A stretch of 64,000 nt of DNA from Curvularia clavata (lineage: Eukaryota): assembly GCA_023920165.1 (NCBI GenBank), contig CP089276.1, forward strand, positions 1 through 64,000. The letters are read 5' to 3'. This document shows, in pieces, positions 1-11,425 of the stretch; position 1 is the stretch's first letter; every line of letters starts with the position of its first letter. The notes under the pieces were generated by a model, which saw only the letters and a program-made list of their open reading frames with translations, searched no databases and had not been told where the DNA came from. The position numbers were made by a program, and so were the translations under genes.

Positions 1-51
1 TTACGTATTGCTAAGGTTAAAGAACGACTTCCATACTCGTGTGACAGCACC
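1..51 (+). other. Untrimmed Oxford Nanopore adapter + native barcode (artefact)
   Basis: TTACGTATTGCT (3' end of ONT adapter), AAGGTTAA flank (13-20), 24-nt AGAACGACTTCCATACTCGTGTGA (21-44; recalled as barcode NB13), CAGCACC flank. Confidence 0.95.
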
Positions 52-173
52 CTAACCTAACCCTAACCCTAACCCTAACCCTAACCCTAACCCTAACCCT
101 AACCCTAACCCTAACCCTAACCCTAACCCTAACCCTAACCCTAACCCTAACCCTAACCCTAACCCTAACCCTA
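51..173 (+). repeat. Telomeric repeat (CCCTAA)n, ~20 copies
   Basis: Near-perfect tandem CCCTAA, C-rich strand at the 5' end of the contig. Confidence 0.99.
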
Positions 174-1762
174 TAATACTCCAAAAATATGATGGAGAAG
201 AGATACCTTCGTTCGGGACGTGGTTCAACTCGGGCATCACACTGGGTACGCTAGTGGCGCTGCTCACTACACTGGCCGTCGCCATGGCGCTGTCAACGGT
301 GCAGGGGTGCCTCAGCCAGCTCAAATGTTTGTGGTATTCGGGCTCAAGCCAGCCATTAGACGATCTTGAGACTTATGACCGCGCGAGCCGTGGGCTGTGG
401 GGCATCGTACAGTTGCTCTGGAAGCTTCGACTTACACCTACAGCCTCGTTCGGTGCGTTGCTCACGGTCGCCCATCTGGCGGTTGTACCGCTAACGCAAC
501 AGTCTTTGCTGTCTTTATCGATGCCCCTCGTCGCACATGATGGCGAGGCTGCTATCCCAGCCTCAAAAGACTGGACAGAGGCAAGCCAGCAGACCCAGTC
601 GTTGGAAATGCCCAGTGGCTTGGAGTTCATTTCTGCTGAAATGAAAGGTGCCATTTTGAACGGCATCTATACCAGCACTAACATCAAAATCAACAATACG
701 CTGCCAACTTGCACGACCGGCAACTGCACGTTCCCCACCTACCAGTCCCTCGCCATCTGTGCATCAAATGCTGACGTAACGCTTCATCTCCAAAATGCGA
801 CCACAAAAGGGGTGATAAAATGGTGTCTATCGGGCGGGTTCTGCGCCTCTATTAACCTGACTACGAATAGTGCATTTCCACTCATGACTATGGCCACCAT
901 CACCTCACAAGACACAAGCCCACTCAACTATACATCCCTCACCTTCGCTACCCGCCCCTCCCCTATCGCTAACTTCTATATCATCTACTATAATTTCACC
1001 CAGTCAGGCCCTACAACCGCCCAACCTTGGGCAGCCGTAGAATTCGCGCTTGACTGGTGCGTCCCCACCTTCTCTACGTCCGTCACAAATGGCACAGCAA
1101 CCACTTCGCGTCTCCCAGACCCCTTCATAGCCTTTAACGCAACACCTGGGTACTTGATCAGCGTCCGCCTAGCTGGCGAGGACATCACCGTCGACCCCAA
1201 CACGCACGCCACGCTACAGCGCTACCTCAACCTCACGCTCTCTGGCAGCGCGTACAGGTCCGAAGTCTACAGCTACATGGACTCAGACACAGTGCAGAAG
1301 CTTAACGACGTTTTTGAAATTGGAGGCCAAGGCACGGATCTGAATCCTTTGCGCGCAGACGGCATCGCGGCGCTGGAGGACATGCTCATGAACACAGCGA
1401 CGAGCATGACAAATTACATGCGGTCCACGTGCAAAGTAGACGTCATGAGTGGCATAGCGTACATGCAGCAGAACGTTGTGCATGTGCGGTGGGGATAGGT
1501 CGCTGCACCAATTGTTTTTTTCACAGCGAGTTTGCTGTTTTTTGTGGTAGTTGTTATGCTGTGTAGTATTCGACGGGCGGCAAAGACACCCTTATGGAAG
1601 TCAAGTGCTGTTGCTACGTTGCGCTGCTTAGATCCAGAGTTGCATAGTGAGCTGGGTGGGACTCCGGGTAAGATGTCGATATGTGGGCAAGTTGGTGGGA
1701 AGTGTGTAAGATTATTGAGGAATGGGAAGGAGTGGTTGTTGGCGCCAGGCTTTTCCTGCTGA
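173..1762 (+). pseudogene. DUF3176-family membrane protein, 5'-truncated by the telomere, internal stop
   Basis: Frame open from 173 (IILQKYDGEEIP..GITLGTLVALL..CLSQLKCLWY..PLDDLETYDRASRGLWG). In-frame TAG at 1496-1498 in VHVRWG*; same frame continues (PLWKSSAVATL) to 1762. Confidence 0.8.
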
Positions 1763-2282
1763 GTAGAGTCATTACCTATTACTGAATGCATTGGATATGC
1801 AAATCATGAGTAAGCTGGTCATTAGTACATGATTCTTGCTCTGCAGTGAGGTTCTGTCGCTAGCTCTACTTCACTAGCGCAACTACAAGCTTACAGGTTA
1901 TCTCAAACTCCAAGCTCCGAACTCTACCCCCAACCACTTCAGATTTTTATAATCCAAATTCGTAACTGTATAACCAGCTTTCCTACTTACACAATAAACG
2001 TTTACAGAGTTCTGTAATCGCGCCATATCATCTAGTTCCACTCACCTAAGCTTCTAACTCTAGTGGTAATTAGGTATAGCGTTATTCGCTAATGCTAGCG
2101 CGCGCTTAAGCTAGCGAGGTACGCCAAGGACAAAGTCTGCCTTACTATTCTGGATTTCATTAGCAGTCGGAAAAAAAACAGTCTACCCCATCAACACCAC
2201 TGTCTTTTATGACCTTACTTACTCTAACCTAGGCCACCACGCTTTGTGCAATCCTGCTGAACCATTCTCATAAGCTAGAACT

Positions 2283-3611
2283 ATGCTCCCAAAATTTGTC
2301 TGTAATTTAACTGCTACAATCTCCCGTCCTCCATGGAGAAGCGGCTTAGACTGGGACCTCCATACCACCATGACATGGGAGAAACGTACACCTTTCCATC
2401 TTCTTATCCGTCCTAGTCCTTCTATACCCTGCGGCCAAAACCAACCTACTCTTGCGCGGTTCTGTACGCTGCCAGCCGAGCTCCAAGTTTACATCCTTAC
2501 TTTCTGCTCTGCTGATACCCTCTTTCAGCTTATGGACGTATCTTCTGCCCTCCGTTTAGAAGCATCAAAAATCTTCTGGGCAGATCCAACCCTATATTTC
2601 CTTATTGAAGCAGACTGGCTGCTGAATGGGGGCTACCCTGGCTACACATGCTACGATCTAGCTTTCCTAGAGCATGTACAGCAGGTCCAAATTGAGTACT
2701 CTCTCGAAATCGGCGATTTTATATGTCCTCAAGAAGATGAAGATGTTTGGGTCCGACAAGATTTAATAACAACTTTCTGGGGGAGCTTCACTCAAAGATT
2801 CCCCAACGCAAAAAGGGTGATGATCAATCAGAATTGGGGAACACCGCCATGGTGGCAAGACGATTCCTCTCTTTCGCAGCCAGTGCGCTTGCTGATCTCT
2901 TCCTGCCCTCCTATGCTGAAAATCTCAGCTCTGGTTTTAGAGAAAATCTCTTTTGCTAATAACATGAGCTTTGGGTCTGAGTCTGAGAGATGGTACCGGT
3001 CGCTATACCAGATTACCGCAAGCGGTAGATGGGTAGGGAATCGCTTGGAAAAGCATCCGATAACGGTCCTAATGCCAACAAAACGATTGGACGGGCCTGT
3101 TGGAGAGTTCAAAGCAATCAGACATAACGCTGACAGGATATCGCTTAAAAAACATGCCCTCTGGCCCCTTATGATTGAAGCGATCGACAGGTGTTATTTT
3201 AGTAAGGGAAAAGCCATTCCATTTGTGTGTCCATTTTCTAGCTGCGGTGCCCGTTTCCTAAAAGCAGGGGAGTGGACAGCACATGCTATAGGTTGGCATG
3301 CTCAGGCATGGAGGATAGGAGACCCAGTGGACATCTTGCCACAGAGTCTAAGAGAAATTTTCAAAGAGAAGATAGATGCTATGAAGAAAGAGCGAGAGCG
3401 GATAGACAAGCAGTATAGAAAATTGTTCAGTAACTGGAACGAACAAGGCAAACAACAACAACAAGAACTAGAGCGGGCTTGGATGGCTCAGCTGGAGGTG
3501 GACAAGATTTGGGAAACAGGAAAGAAACCAAGAGAAAGCATGCTTTGGACTGAGTTCCTAGAACAAATGAGACTGAGGCCTGATAGAGCTGGTAACGTAG
3601 GTGGTGGCTGA
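2283..3611 (+). CDS. Hypothetical protein with F-box-like motif and C2H2-like motif
   Basis: 442-aa intronless ORF; FCTLPAELQVYILTFC near N-terminus; CPFSSC..F....EWTAHAIGWH. True start may be the downstream MTWEKR. Confidence 0.7.
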   Translation: MLPKFVCNLTATISRPPWRSGLDWDLHTTMTWEKRTPFHLLIRPSPSIPCGQNQPTLARFCTLPAELQVYILTFCSADTLFQLMDVSSALRLEASKIFWADPTLYFLIEADWLLNGGYPGYTCYDLAFLEHVQQVQIEYSLEIGDFICPQEDEDVWVRQDLITTFWGSFTQRFPNAKRVMINQNWGTPPWWQDDSSLSQPVRLLISSCPPMLKISALVLEKISFANNMSFGSESERWYRSLYQITASGRWVGNRLEKHPITVLMPTKRLDGPVGEFKAIRHNADRISLKKHALWPLMIEAIDRCYFSKGKAIPFVCPFSSCGARFLKAGEWTAHAIGWHAQAWRIGDPVDILPQSLREIFKEKIDAMKKERERIDKQYRKLFSNWNEQGKQQQQELERAWMAQLEVDKIWETGKKPRESMLWTEFLEQMRLRPDRAGNVGGG

Positions 3612-3915
3612 GTCATGCTTTGGAGCCTGTGGCCTTACAGTATCTACGCAAAACTTAGGAAAGAGGGATGCAAGATAGTAGCTAATAAGAGAGAGATTTA
3701 GTCTGGGAGGAACGTCATGCAGATCAAGTAAGGGTGCAGCGGGATACTAGTTAACGTTAAATTACAGTAATGCAACTCGACCCCGCGTAGTCTTAAGGCG
3801 GTAGACATGGTATGTAGAAAAAGGAAAAAAAACAGCATCGGTTAGAGTGGGGAGACGGTAGTGGCTTTCGTTAATATAGCGCGGCAGACCTTGGCGTTTA
3901 CCTTGTATCCGTCTT

Positions 3916-4135
3916 TGTCACGGGTCTGATTAGACGGCGCTGAGCTCACCGCCTCGTCAGGCACCTCCTCGTCAAGCACCGCCTCGTCAAGCTTTTACAA
4001 GATAAGCCCAGCGGGAAAGACCTAACCTACGTTAGGTTAGTAGTATATATCTTTTTTATCTTAGTGCTTGGCTCAGCCTCTCTATAAAGTTTTGTTCTTC
4101 CTCATTCACTATACTACTCTTCAAGGTCTCTAACA
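3916..4135. mobile_element. Probable solo LTR (RIP-like)
   Basis: TGTCA...TAACA termini, 220 bp, three internal CACC(G/T)CCTCGTCA repeats, TATA-like core; no clear TSD. Confidence 0.5.
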
Positions 4136-4181
4136 TTTCGATTCGCTAAATATACGCTATTGCTACTGCAAGTTCTTTACT

Positions 4182-4579
4182 ATGAGTTTCCGATTCGCAA
4201 GAGATGTTAAGCTCATCGATTTCCGTATACTCTGCACTAATGTTCCGGATCCTAACGGTCAACGGTATGCGGCTTTAATGGACCTTCACAAATATATTGG
4301 CAACGTCAACGGTATACTCGCCTTAAAGATATAGTCTTCAGCTTGATCAACAACTAATATAGTAAAGGAAAGTTTCATTGGGCCAGCAAGGATTTCTTAG
4401 ATACAGCGGTGGGCATTTCTCTTGCTATGGAAGGTGATGATGCAACTACCCCTGTTCTTCACGCCGTGTTAAAGGATGGGAATGGAAGATACAAGAGCGT
4501 AAGCATTGACTTAAGCGAAAGGATTTTCACTAATAATGATGGCAGATTTGGCTACATAGGTCGCTATACTCTAATCTAG
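4182..4579 (+). CDS. CVNH (cyanovirin-N homolog) lectin, 113 aa, 2 exons (4182-4311, 4368-4579)
   Basis: Manual splice gives MSFRFARDVKLIDFRIL..DLHKYIGNVNGKFHWASKDF..EGDDATTPVLHAVLKDGNG..IDLSERIFTNNDGRF, a CVNH two-repeat pattern. 56-nt GT..AG intron with CTAAT branch site. Confidence 0.8.
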
Positions 4580-4831
4580 TAGTAATACAGAAATACTTAT
4601 AACTATAAAGTAATAATATATAGTCTTACTGTAGTAAATTATGCAGGTTAGACCCTATAGATGATAAACCCTATCACCTCCACCACATCACGTGACCTCA
4701 CTTGGGGCTCAGTTAGCTAAGCGAGATGGCCCGTAACTAGTAAGAACACTAAAGAGCTATCTAGACAGCTAAATAGTTCCTTACACAGAATCTCACTAGT
4801 TATTAAAGTCAACTACGTGATCCCGTTACAT
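4522..4831 (+). repeat. Direct repeat copy 1 (~310 bp; pairs with 6509-6814)
   Basis: Collinear match to 6509-6814 with many transition differences. Confidence 0.85.
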
Positions 4832-5335
4832 CGGCGGGGGGGAGGGGGGTGCTAAAATCCGCGAATTGGAGGGTAAAACATAGCCGAATTTAGTATAGAA
4901 TCTATCGCTGAGCCTATTTCAGTGCGAATCTAGGTGCGATTCGGTGTCTCGTATTGGTTAGGATAGGGATTAAGGATAGAGATTGAGCATAGTGCGCACT
5001 GCTAATATGTTTAAAGTGCTATATCTAAGAACACACTCGCATCTTATGTAGATAGAGATGATTGATGAAAATTCTAAATCTTATCTTATTTTATTACGTT
5101 GTTGAAGATCAATTGCGTAGAAACTCGCGTAGAGTTAAGGTACGGAGCTTACCGATCCGCAAAGCTTACTGATCCCGCACGCTAACTGTACTGCTTACGA
5201 ATCCACCGAAGTCACTCGGACAACGAAAACCTACATTTCGTATTTGGGGCCGCCCTAATTAGTCCGCAGATTGAATTTAAAGAATATATATACCTCTTCT
5301 TGGAAGTATATTGAAATCCCAGAAAGCTATCCAAA

Positions 5336-6082
5336 ATGCATTTCCTTGTACTTGGAGCAACCGGCAGAACAGGTCTTTTCGCATACAAATATGCTCTTAA
5401 TGAGGGTCAGTTTCTTGTGCATAATTGCCTATCCACCATCTTACTTTGAATAGGTCACCATGTTACCGCTCTCGTTCGCGATACCTCTGCTCTGGAGTCT
5501 CATGCGCACCTTACCCTTGTCAAAGGTTCAGTGTTATCGGAAGAAGATATGAAGCGCGCATTTACAGCGGCCGGCACTCCTATCGACGCAGTTCTGGTCT
5601 TTCTCAATTGTCCCCGCACAAGCGAGAATCCTTGGGCCAAATTCATCGGACCACCACGTCTAATCGCTGACGGAACGGCGAACGCGACACGAGCACTGCG
5701 TAGGCAACAGCAGCAAGACCCAAGGACCCCAAAACCTCTTGTGGCTGTCCTGAGTGCTTTTGGTACTGGAGAAAGTCGCCAGGTAACTCCGCTCATCATG
5801 CGCCTCCTTATTGACTATTCCAATGTGAAATGTTCCTACGACGACCATAACGCCACGAACGCCGAGATCGAAGATGGATGTGGCAATGAGATCGACTGGA
5901 CAGTTGTGATGCCTCCTGCACTTGGCGATGCTGGGATTAAGCCAGTCAAGACATTTGCGGTTACCCAAAAAGGTGCCGGTTGGTCCATAACCAGGGAAAG
6001 TGTGGCGAAATGGATGGTCGATATGGCGTCTGGAAAGTTCGGGGATCAATTTAAGAACAAGAGAGTTATTATATCGAATTAA
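5336..6082 (+). CDS. NAD(P)-binding oxidoreductase (flavin reductase/BVR-B-like), exons 5336-5405, 5454-6082
   Basis: MHFLVLGATGRTG Rossmann motif; GHHVTALVRD after a 48-nt intron; DWTVVMP and ITRESVAKWM motifs. Confidence 0.88.
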
Positions 6083-6100
6083 TCGGGAATTGAGGATTGG

Positions 6101-6346
6101 TGTAAGGGCGCAGCCTCGACAGTGCTGCGACATCGGCGCACTGGTGGGCTACAGGGTACAAGAGACCTGTGGGCAGACTACTTAATCCTATACTATATAT
6201 CTATAGTATAGAGAGAGTGTTGAGAAGAGCTTCTATAGAAATTTGTTTCCTGCCTATATAAATATAGATTGCTAGAAGCTCTAGAGCAGCATAAATCAAT
6301 CTTGCTCTTTCCTGACAAATTGCTCCCTGCTACTAGAGTTCTTACA
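6101..6346. mobile_element. Solo LTR
   Basis: TGTAAG...CTTACA termini, 246 bp, flanks ATTGG/ATTCG (4/5 TSD match), TA-rich core. Confidence 0.7.
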
Positions 6347-6508
6347 ATTCGTCTCTAGAATGGAATATCGCTAGTGCAGACACGGGGAAATGTAACGTCG
6401 TTCATTGCGATAGCTTCGTGCTCAAAAATCAACATCTATGTTTTAGTCAGTTGCTGGCAGCTCGTCTCGCCTTCAAGGTTGTGGCACGTCTGGTTTCTGT
6501 TGCGGCAT

Positions 6509-6814
6509 GATTTTCATTGATAATGATGACAGATCTGGATATATAGGGCGCTATAATCCAATCTATTAGATAATAATGAAATATTTATAACTATAAAGTA
6601 GTAATATATAGTCTTACTATAGTAAATTATATAGATTAGACCTTATGAAAAATCAAATCAATCGCCTCTACCACGTCACGTAACCTCGCTTAGACTTAGT
6701 TAGCTAAGTAAGATAGTCTATAGTAAGAATACCAAAAGGCTGTCCAGACAGCTAGATAGTTGCTTACGTAGAGTCTCACTAGTTACTAAAGTCATATACG
6801 TAGTCACGTTACAT
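6509..6814 (+). repeat. Direct repeat copy 2 (pairs with 4522-4831)
   Basis: Collinear match to copy 1, including the CVNH 3' end. Confidence 0.85.
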
Positions 6815-7089
6815 TAGGCCTGTAACTTTACACTGATGGGGTTCGAAGGGCTTACCTCTGGGTTTATGTCAGCATCGTGTGACATTTTGGGAGGGGCTTG
6901 GTAAAATTGGCTCACTCGTCTGTGGGATATGTTATATGTTATTCCATAACTAAGTATACTTCTTAGAGCTATAAACATAGAATTATTACCTGTAACTCTA
7001 ACTCTAGCTCTTAAATTCAACCTGACGCGCATCTCTGGTCACAGAATTAGTCTCGAAGCAATCAGTCACAACTCGAGTCTGACACATCT

Positions 7090-8043
7090 TCATTTTGCCG
7101 GATTCCTTTGCTCCGGCAACTCATGTCGCATATCATGGGCAGGAAGCTCAGCAAAGACAACTTGCGATGGCAACTCATGGCTGTACATTGCCGTACCATG
7201 TTGATCCATAGACGTCCCCTTGTTGTCCGTAGGTACATGTATCTCATGCAGATTGTTTACCCTAGTTGATTGCTTCTTCCGTCTTATCCAAATAAAAGCA
7301 CCGATAGCAGTGAGAGCGAGTAGCCCAACTGATATGCCGACACCAAGTCCGACCTTAGCGCCTGTGCCTAGTCCTGAAGACGATCCTTCTTTGGATAACG
7401 CTACCTCATGTGTTGGACTACTCTCTTCAGTTGGAAGGTCTGCCAGGTCCATGTTCGTTGCGGATGCCGATGTATCTTGCGAGATGGTGCTGAGTTGTAT
7501 AGTACTTGCTGTCGTCAAAGTAGATACTGTACTGGGCTTGTTAGGCACTTCAGCAATGGCGTATACGACAGGCTTTTCAGCCTTAAACTTTAGATCGTCG
7601 ATACTACAGCATATGAAATTAACAGATGCCCGGTATGACCAACCCGCAAAGCCATCCACTCCGACATACGCACAGCACCATACGTCCTCCTTAAGACAGT
7701 GAAATATTAGACTTGTGTTTCTTTCGGGTTCTACAACCGTTAGTATCAAGTCTAAGCTACTAGATAGGCATACTATCTCACCTATTGGTGCGCAGTAACT
7801 AGAGCAGGCTGGATCTTTCCACTCTAGGTCTGTACACGCTCTCCGCATATACCAGTTATCTTCTTCACTATTTTTCTTCTTGCACATTCCGTTGGTGAGG
7901 CAGAGGTCGCCGATTGGGCAACACGTCGAATAACCTCCCAAATTCACAGCGGTCATGTTGCATGACGCGTGAGTCTTGCCATCAATAATCGATCTCTGGC
8001 CATTCAGGCTGTAGCAAGCCGTGATGTCTTTTTCGTCAAACAT
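7090..8043 (-). CDS. Single-pass membrane protein (Cys-rich N-domain, Ser/Thr stalk, Mid2/SKG6-like TM)
   Basis: CCPIGDLCLTNGMC, RRACTD..W.DPAC; TM GAKVGLGVGISVGLLAL..IWIRRKK; ELP repeats in tail; probable in-frame intron ~7731-7781. Confidence 0.8.
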   Translation of the reverse strand: MFDEKDITACYSLNGQRSIIDGKTHASCNMTAVNLGGYSTCCPIGDLCLTNGMCKKKNSEEDNWYMRRACTDLEWKDPACSSYCAPIGEIVCLSSSLDLILTVVEPERNTSLIFHCLKEDVWCCAYVGVDGFAGWSYRASVNFICCSIDDLKFKAEKPVVYAIAEVPNKPSTVSTLTTASTIQLSTISQDTSASATNMDLADLPTEESSPTHEVALSKEGSSSGLGTGAKVGLGVGISVGLLALTAIGAFIWIRRKKQSTRVNNLHEIHVPTDNKGTSMDQHGTAMYSHELPSQVVFAELPAHDMRHELPEQRNPAK

Positions 8044-9226
8044 GTGGGGTAGGGTGTCAATGAAATTGTATTATTGGTGCCAGGTATTTAGATATAATAT
8101 GATATTTTCTCAACGCATAGAGCAGGTGTCCAGGGGTGTCTTGATTTATAGACAGGTTGTCTACGTAAGGCGTCCAGACAGCCATTTGATCAAAGTTATA
8201 TTAGACTAGGATTACACAAGCCAATCATTTTCATTTTTGGAGAGTCGATTCATGGGGCTATGGGATTGTATGCTCGGCGTGGCTCAGTTTTGTAAGACTT
8301 GGAATTTCCTGTTCCAGAGTAGTGTGTCATGGACTGGTTAACACCAAATTGCGTGTGTGCCAAGTACCGGTGAACTCTCCAGGGCTTGGCCAACTAGTAT
8401 TTACGACATTATGTCTTACTCCAATGAGGGGTCGTATGCTCTGCCTTGCTTAGACTAGTAGATAGATCTTAAGAGTATTGATCTTGAGTGGAAGTAATAT
8501 AAGACTTCTTATAATGGGCTGAGCGCCCTTCTAGTAGCACCTAACTGGGATCTCGGATTCTGCTCACGACCTAGTCTCGTCTATAACTTTGATCTTGTCA
8601 AATACAAGACAGTTACTATTATATCCCTCACATTTTCAAAGCTTGTTTTTAAGACGAGGCCTAGAAGCTCGTGCACGAATCTTGTCAACAGTTTAACAAC
8701 TAACCAACCCAAGTAAGCACGCGACACGCTAGTCACTGCAAGTCACGTGGTAGTCACCCCACCGTGATCATTACCTTCCGACGTGGACGACCAATGGTCT
8801 CTTTCCATGCGACCCTTCGTCAGGGAAAGATCCTTCCTGTTACTTGTAATAACTAGTTACGGCCACCCGTCATTCTATACCTATTCGTGGTCTCCATGCA
8901 AGTCTAGATGCCAAGTCTGCTAAAATAAGTGGCGTAGCGCGGATGGATTGCCGCAGCGCTTGGGTGACAACACCAATGTTGTGTTAATGGCATTTGCTGA
9001 TTCCCATTTGTGCGGGAAACATTACGAGTAGCGCACGGACATGTCAGATTTGCGAAATCCTACGGTGGGCCTTACTGCAGCCAAGCTACAAGGCATTCGG
9101 GCTTGGCGTGCAAGATGAGAAGCGAAGCCGTCTCTGGACAGGAACTAGCAGAAATGAGGTCAGTCTCGCCTAGATGAGAAACCAGACCTAGATTGCTCAT
9201 ACTGAAGCTCCAGTCACACAACAGGC

Positions 9227-11395
9227 TTGCTGAGAAGCGGCTATGCGAGTGCTAATCCGCGCGATGATACCTTTGGCGATGACAGTCATGATACGAATGC
9301 TGTCAAATTGGAAGACTACCCCTCTCCATCGCAGGTAAAGCTCCGCTATCTCATTCGACAATTCCGGTTTCAATTCGCTTTCTCAGCCTTTTCTCGGTGT
9401 ACGGGCTCTCGTTGGAACGCAGATACCGAACGTCGCAAAGTAGCCATCCATAACAACCGGGCAGTCGCCGCAGCACATGGTTTACTGCACGTTATTCCTC
9501 TTTCCGGCGCCATCTTACTGCTGGCGTTTCAATGGACTAATTATTGGGTCGATGAAGAGAATGATTACTCCACTGAATTGCAATTCGTAGCAAAGCTTCA
9601 CGAGCTATTCATGCAGGCATCAATCACCGAGATTCTATTTAGCCTTATTCGTGCAGGTCTCATCAACGGCCTTGTTCCACTCTGCATTTTATCAGGCGCT
9701 ATGCAGCCCACTCAGCTTTCTTATCTATGGACATTGGATGTCTTATCCCTCTTTCGATCTCGTGCATTACAAGGATGGCGAAAGACAATCTTCGTGGTCA
9801 CTATACCCCTCTTGATGGCTTTGACAGCGCTGGTTGGACCGTCAAGTGCTGTTCTCATGATCCCACGTGCGGGTGTTCCACGCACGAGATTAGGCCGAAC
9901 ATATTGGGGAGTAGCATCTGATCAAGCTTCGTATCCTTCTCAAATTCCTATCACAAACTTTGACTTGTATGTACCTTAATACAAGATAATATTAAATACT
10001 AAACTATAATAGTGACCTTCAAAAGCTGAATTTAACCCTATTGTACTCCGACATATACGAAAAAAAGGAATCCTATGGGTCAAATATCATTTCGCATCCC
10101 TCTGAGGACTGGGTCTTAAAACGACTTCTACGGTGGACCTATAAGCACGAGCCCCTCGATTCCCTCGACGAGACCGGGAGTATAGAAATTCGGGAGGTTA
10201 AGGCACAATTCCGACAGAAGTTATACTCAGTGAATTGGCGAAAAAACAACCGCTCGGGGGAAACATGACGGAAACTGTGGTGGCTGCACACCCAGTTGTA
10301 GGGACTCAGTGCTGGGAATCTAGCGTCGGTAACAGCAGCGATTGGAATCACTCCTGGCCGTGGATATCACTAATTCCAGATCTTCCCACGTTAATCTCTA
10401 AAGTGTCGGATACTGTTGAACTTTCGATCTACGATTGGCAATTGGATGAAGAACACTCCACTTTGGTCTCTTTTAGTCCGGTCTGTATCTCACCACCAGA
10501 GCCAGTAGACCACCCATTGCTCGTAGTATTCTTCCGAGGTATGACGGATGAAATATGGAATCAATCCACGCTGGTCAAGCCCGGTCTGCTGTCGTCAATG
10601 ATCGAAAGTCAAAGTCAGAGCTCTGATGGGTTCGTCACTGGCTCTGATGAGTTCGTCAGTGTCACTGCAGCAGTGTGTGCTATTTCTGCGCATTGGAACT
10701 ATGGTGAGATTCAAAGTCGCTACAACGGGGTGTATACACTGTTCGCTACTGGTCAATCGTCATCAATACAGCAATTGGCATACCGGAAGATCTCGCTAGA
10801 CATTGCCGGTGATCATCCAATGCGAAGCGGGAAGTTCCTTTCCACCCTTATGGGAATGCTTCGGGCCCCACACCTCACCAACCTTTGGCTAGAAGGTGTA
10901 CAAGCTTCAGCTCTGGCAATCTGGCTCGCCAAGGTACCAACGTTGGCATCCGTTAAAAGGCCGCACGGGCTAGACCCTTACGAATTCTTCGCAGATGAAC
11001 CACCACATAAGAACATAGAGGACTATACTCCTTATAAGGTGGTCTTTACAACATATGGCTATGGCTATGGGATGCAGTCAACGTCCGTCTATTTGTCTAT
11101 GGCAGTGCTACTTCTGTACTGCGTTATTACTATTGGCTACATGCTATACACATTCGCCACTGGCTCAGCCTCAACAGCTTGGACTTCTGGAGTTGAACTA
11201 CTTGCACTTGCGCTACAGTCCAAAAGGCCAGATCATTTGGGTCACATTGGCGTCGGAATCGACTCCGCCAAGACTCTAGGTGAAAGTGTTGGAATCCGAG
11301 TCAATGCAGATAATGAAGTTGAATTAGTGTTTGCGCACGATCGGGACTTTAACACAAGGGGATTGCAGAAAGTTAAACAGAATATAGAATACTAA
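9227..11395 (+). CDS. Fungal multi-pass membrane protein of unknown function (start uncertain; apparent frameshift ~10240-10260)
   Basis: QFVAKLHELFMQAS, GPSSAVLMIPR, YGYGYG..STAWTSGVELLALALQS motifs; intron ~9967-10011; frame change between the ORFs starting at 10041 and 10235. Confidence 0.65.
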
Positions 11396-11425
11396 TAGTT
11401 ATATAATATAACTAATACCAATTGG

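Noticed and set aside
52..324. Minus-strand ORF with poly-GL
   Set aside because: Translation of the TTAGGG repeat, antisense to the DUF3176-like frame.
174..9000. Telomere-linked RecQ helicase or Starship captain
   Set aside because: No helicase or tyrosine-recombinase motifs found.
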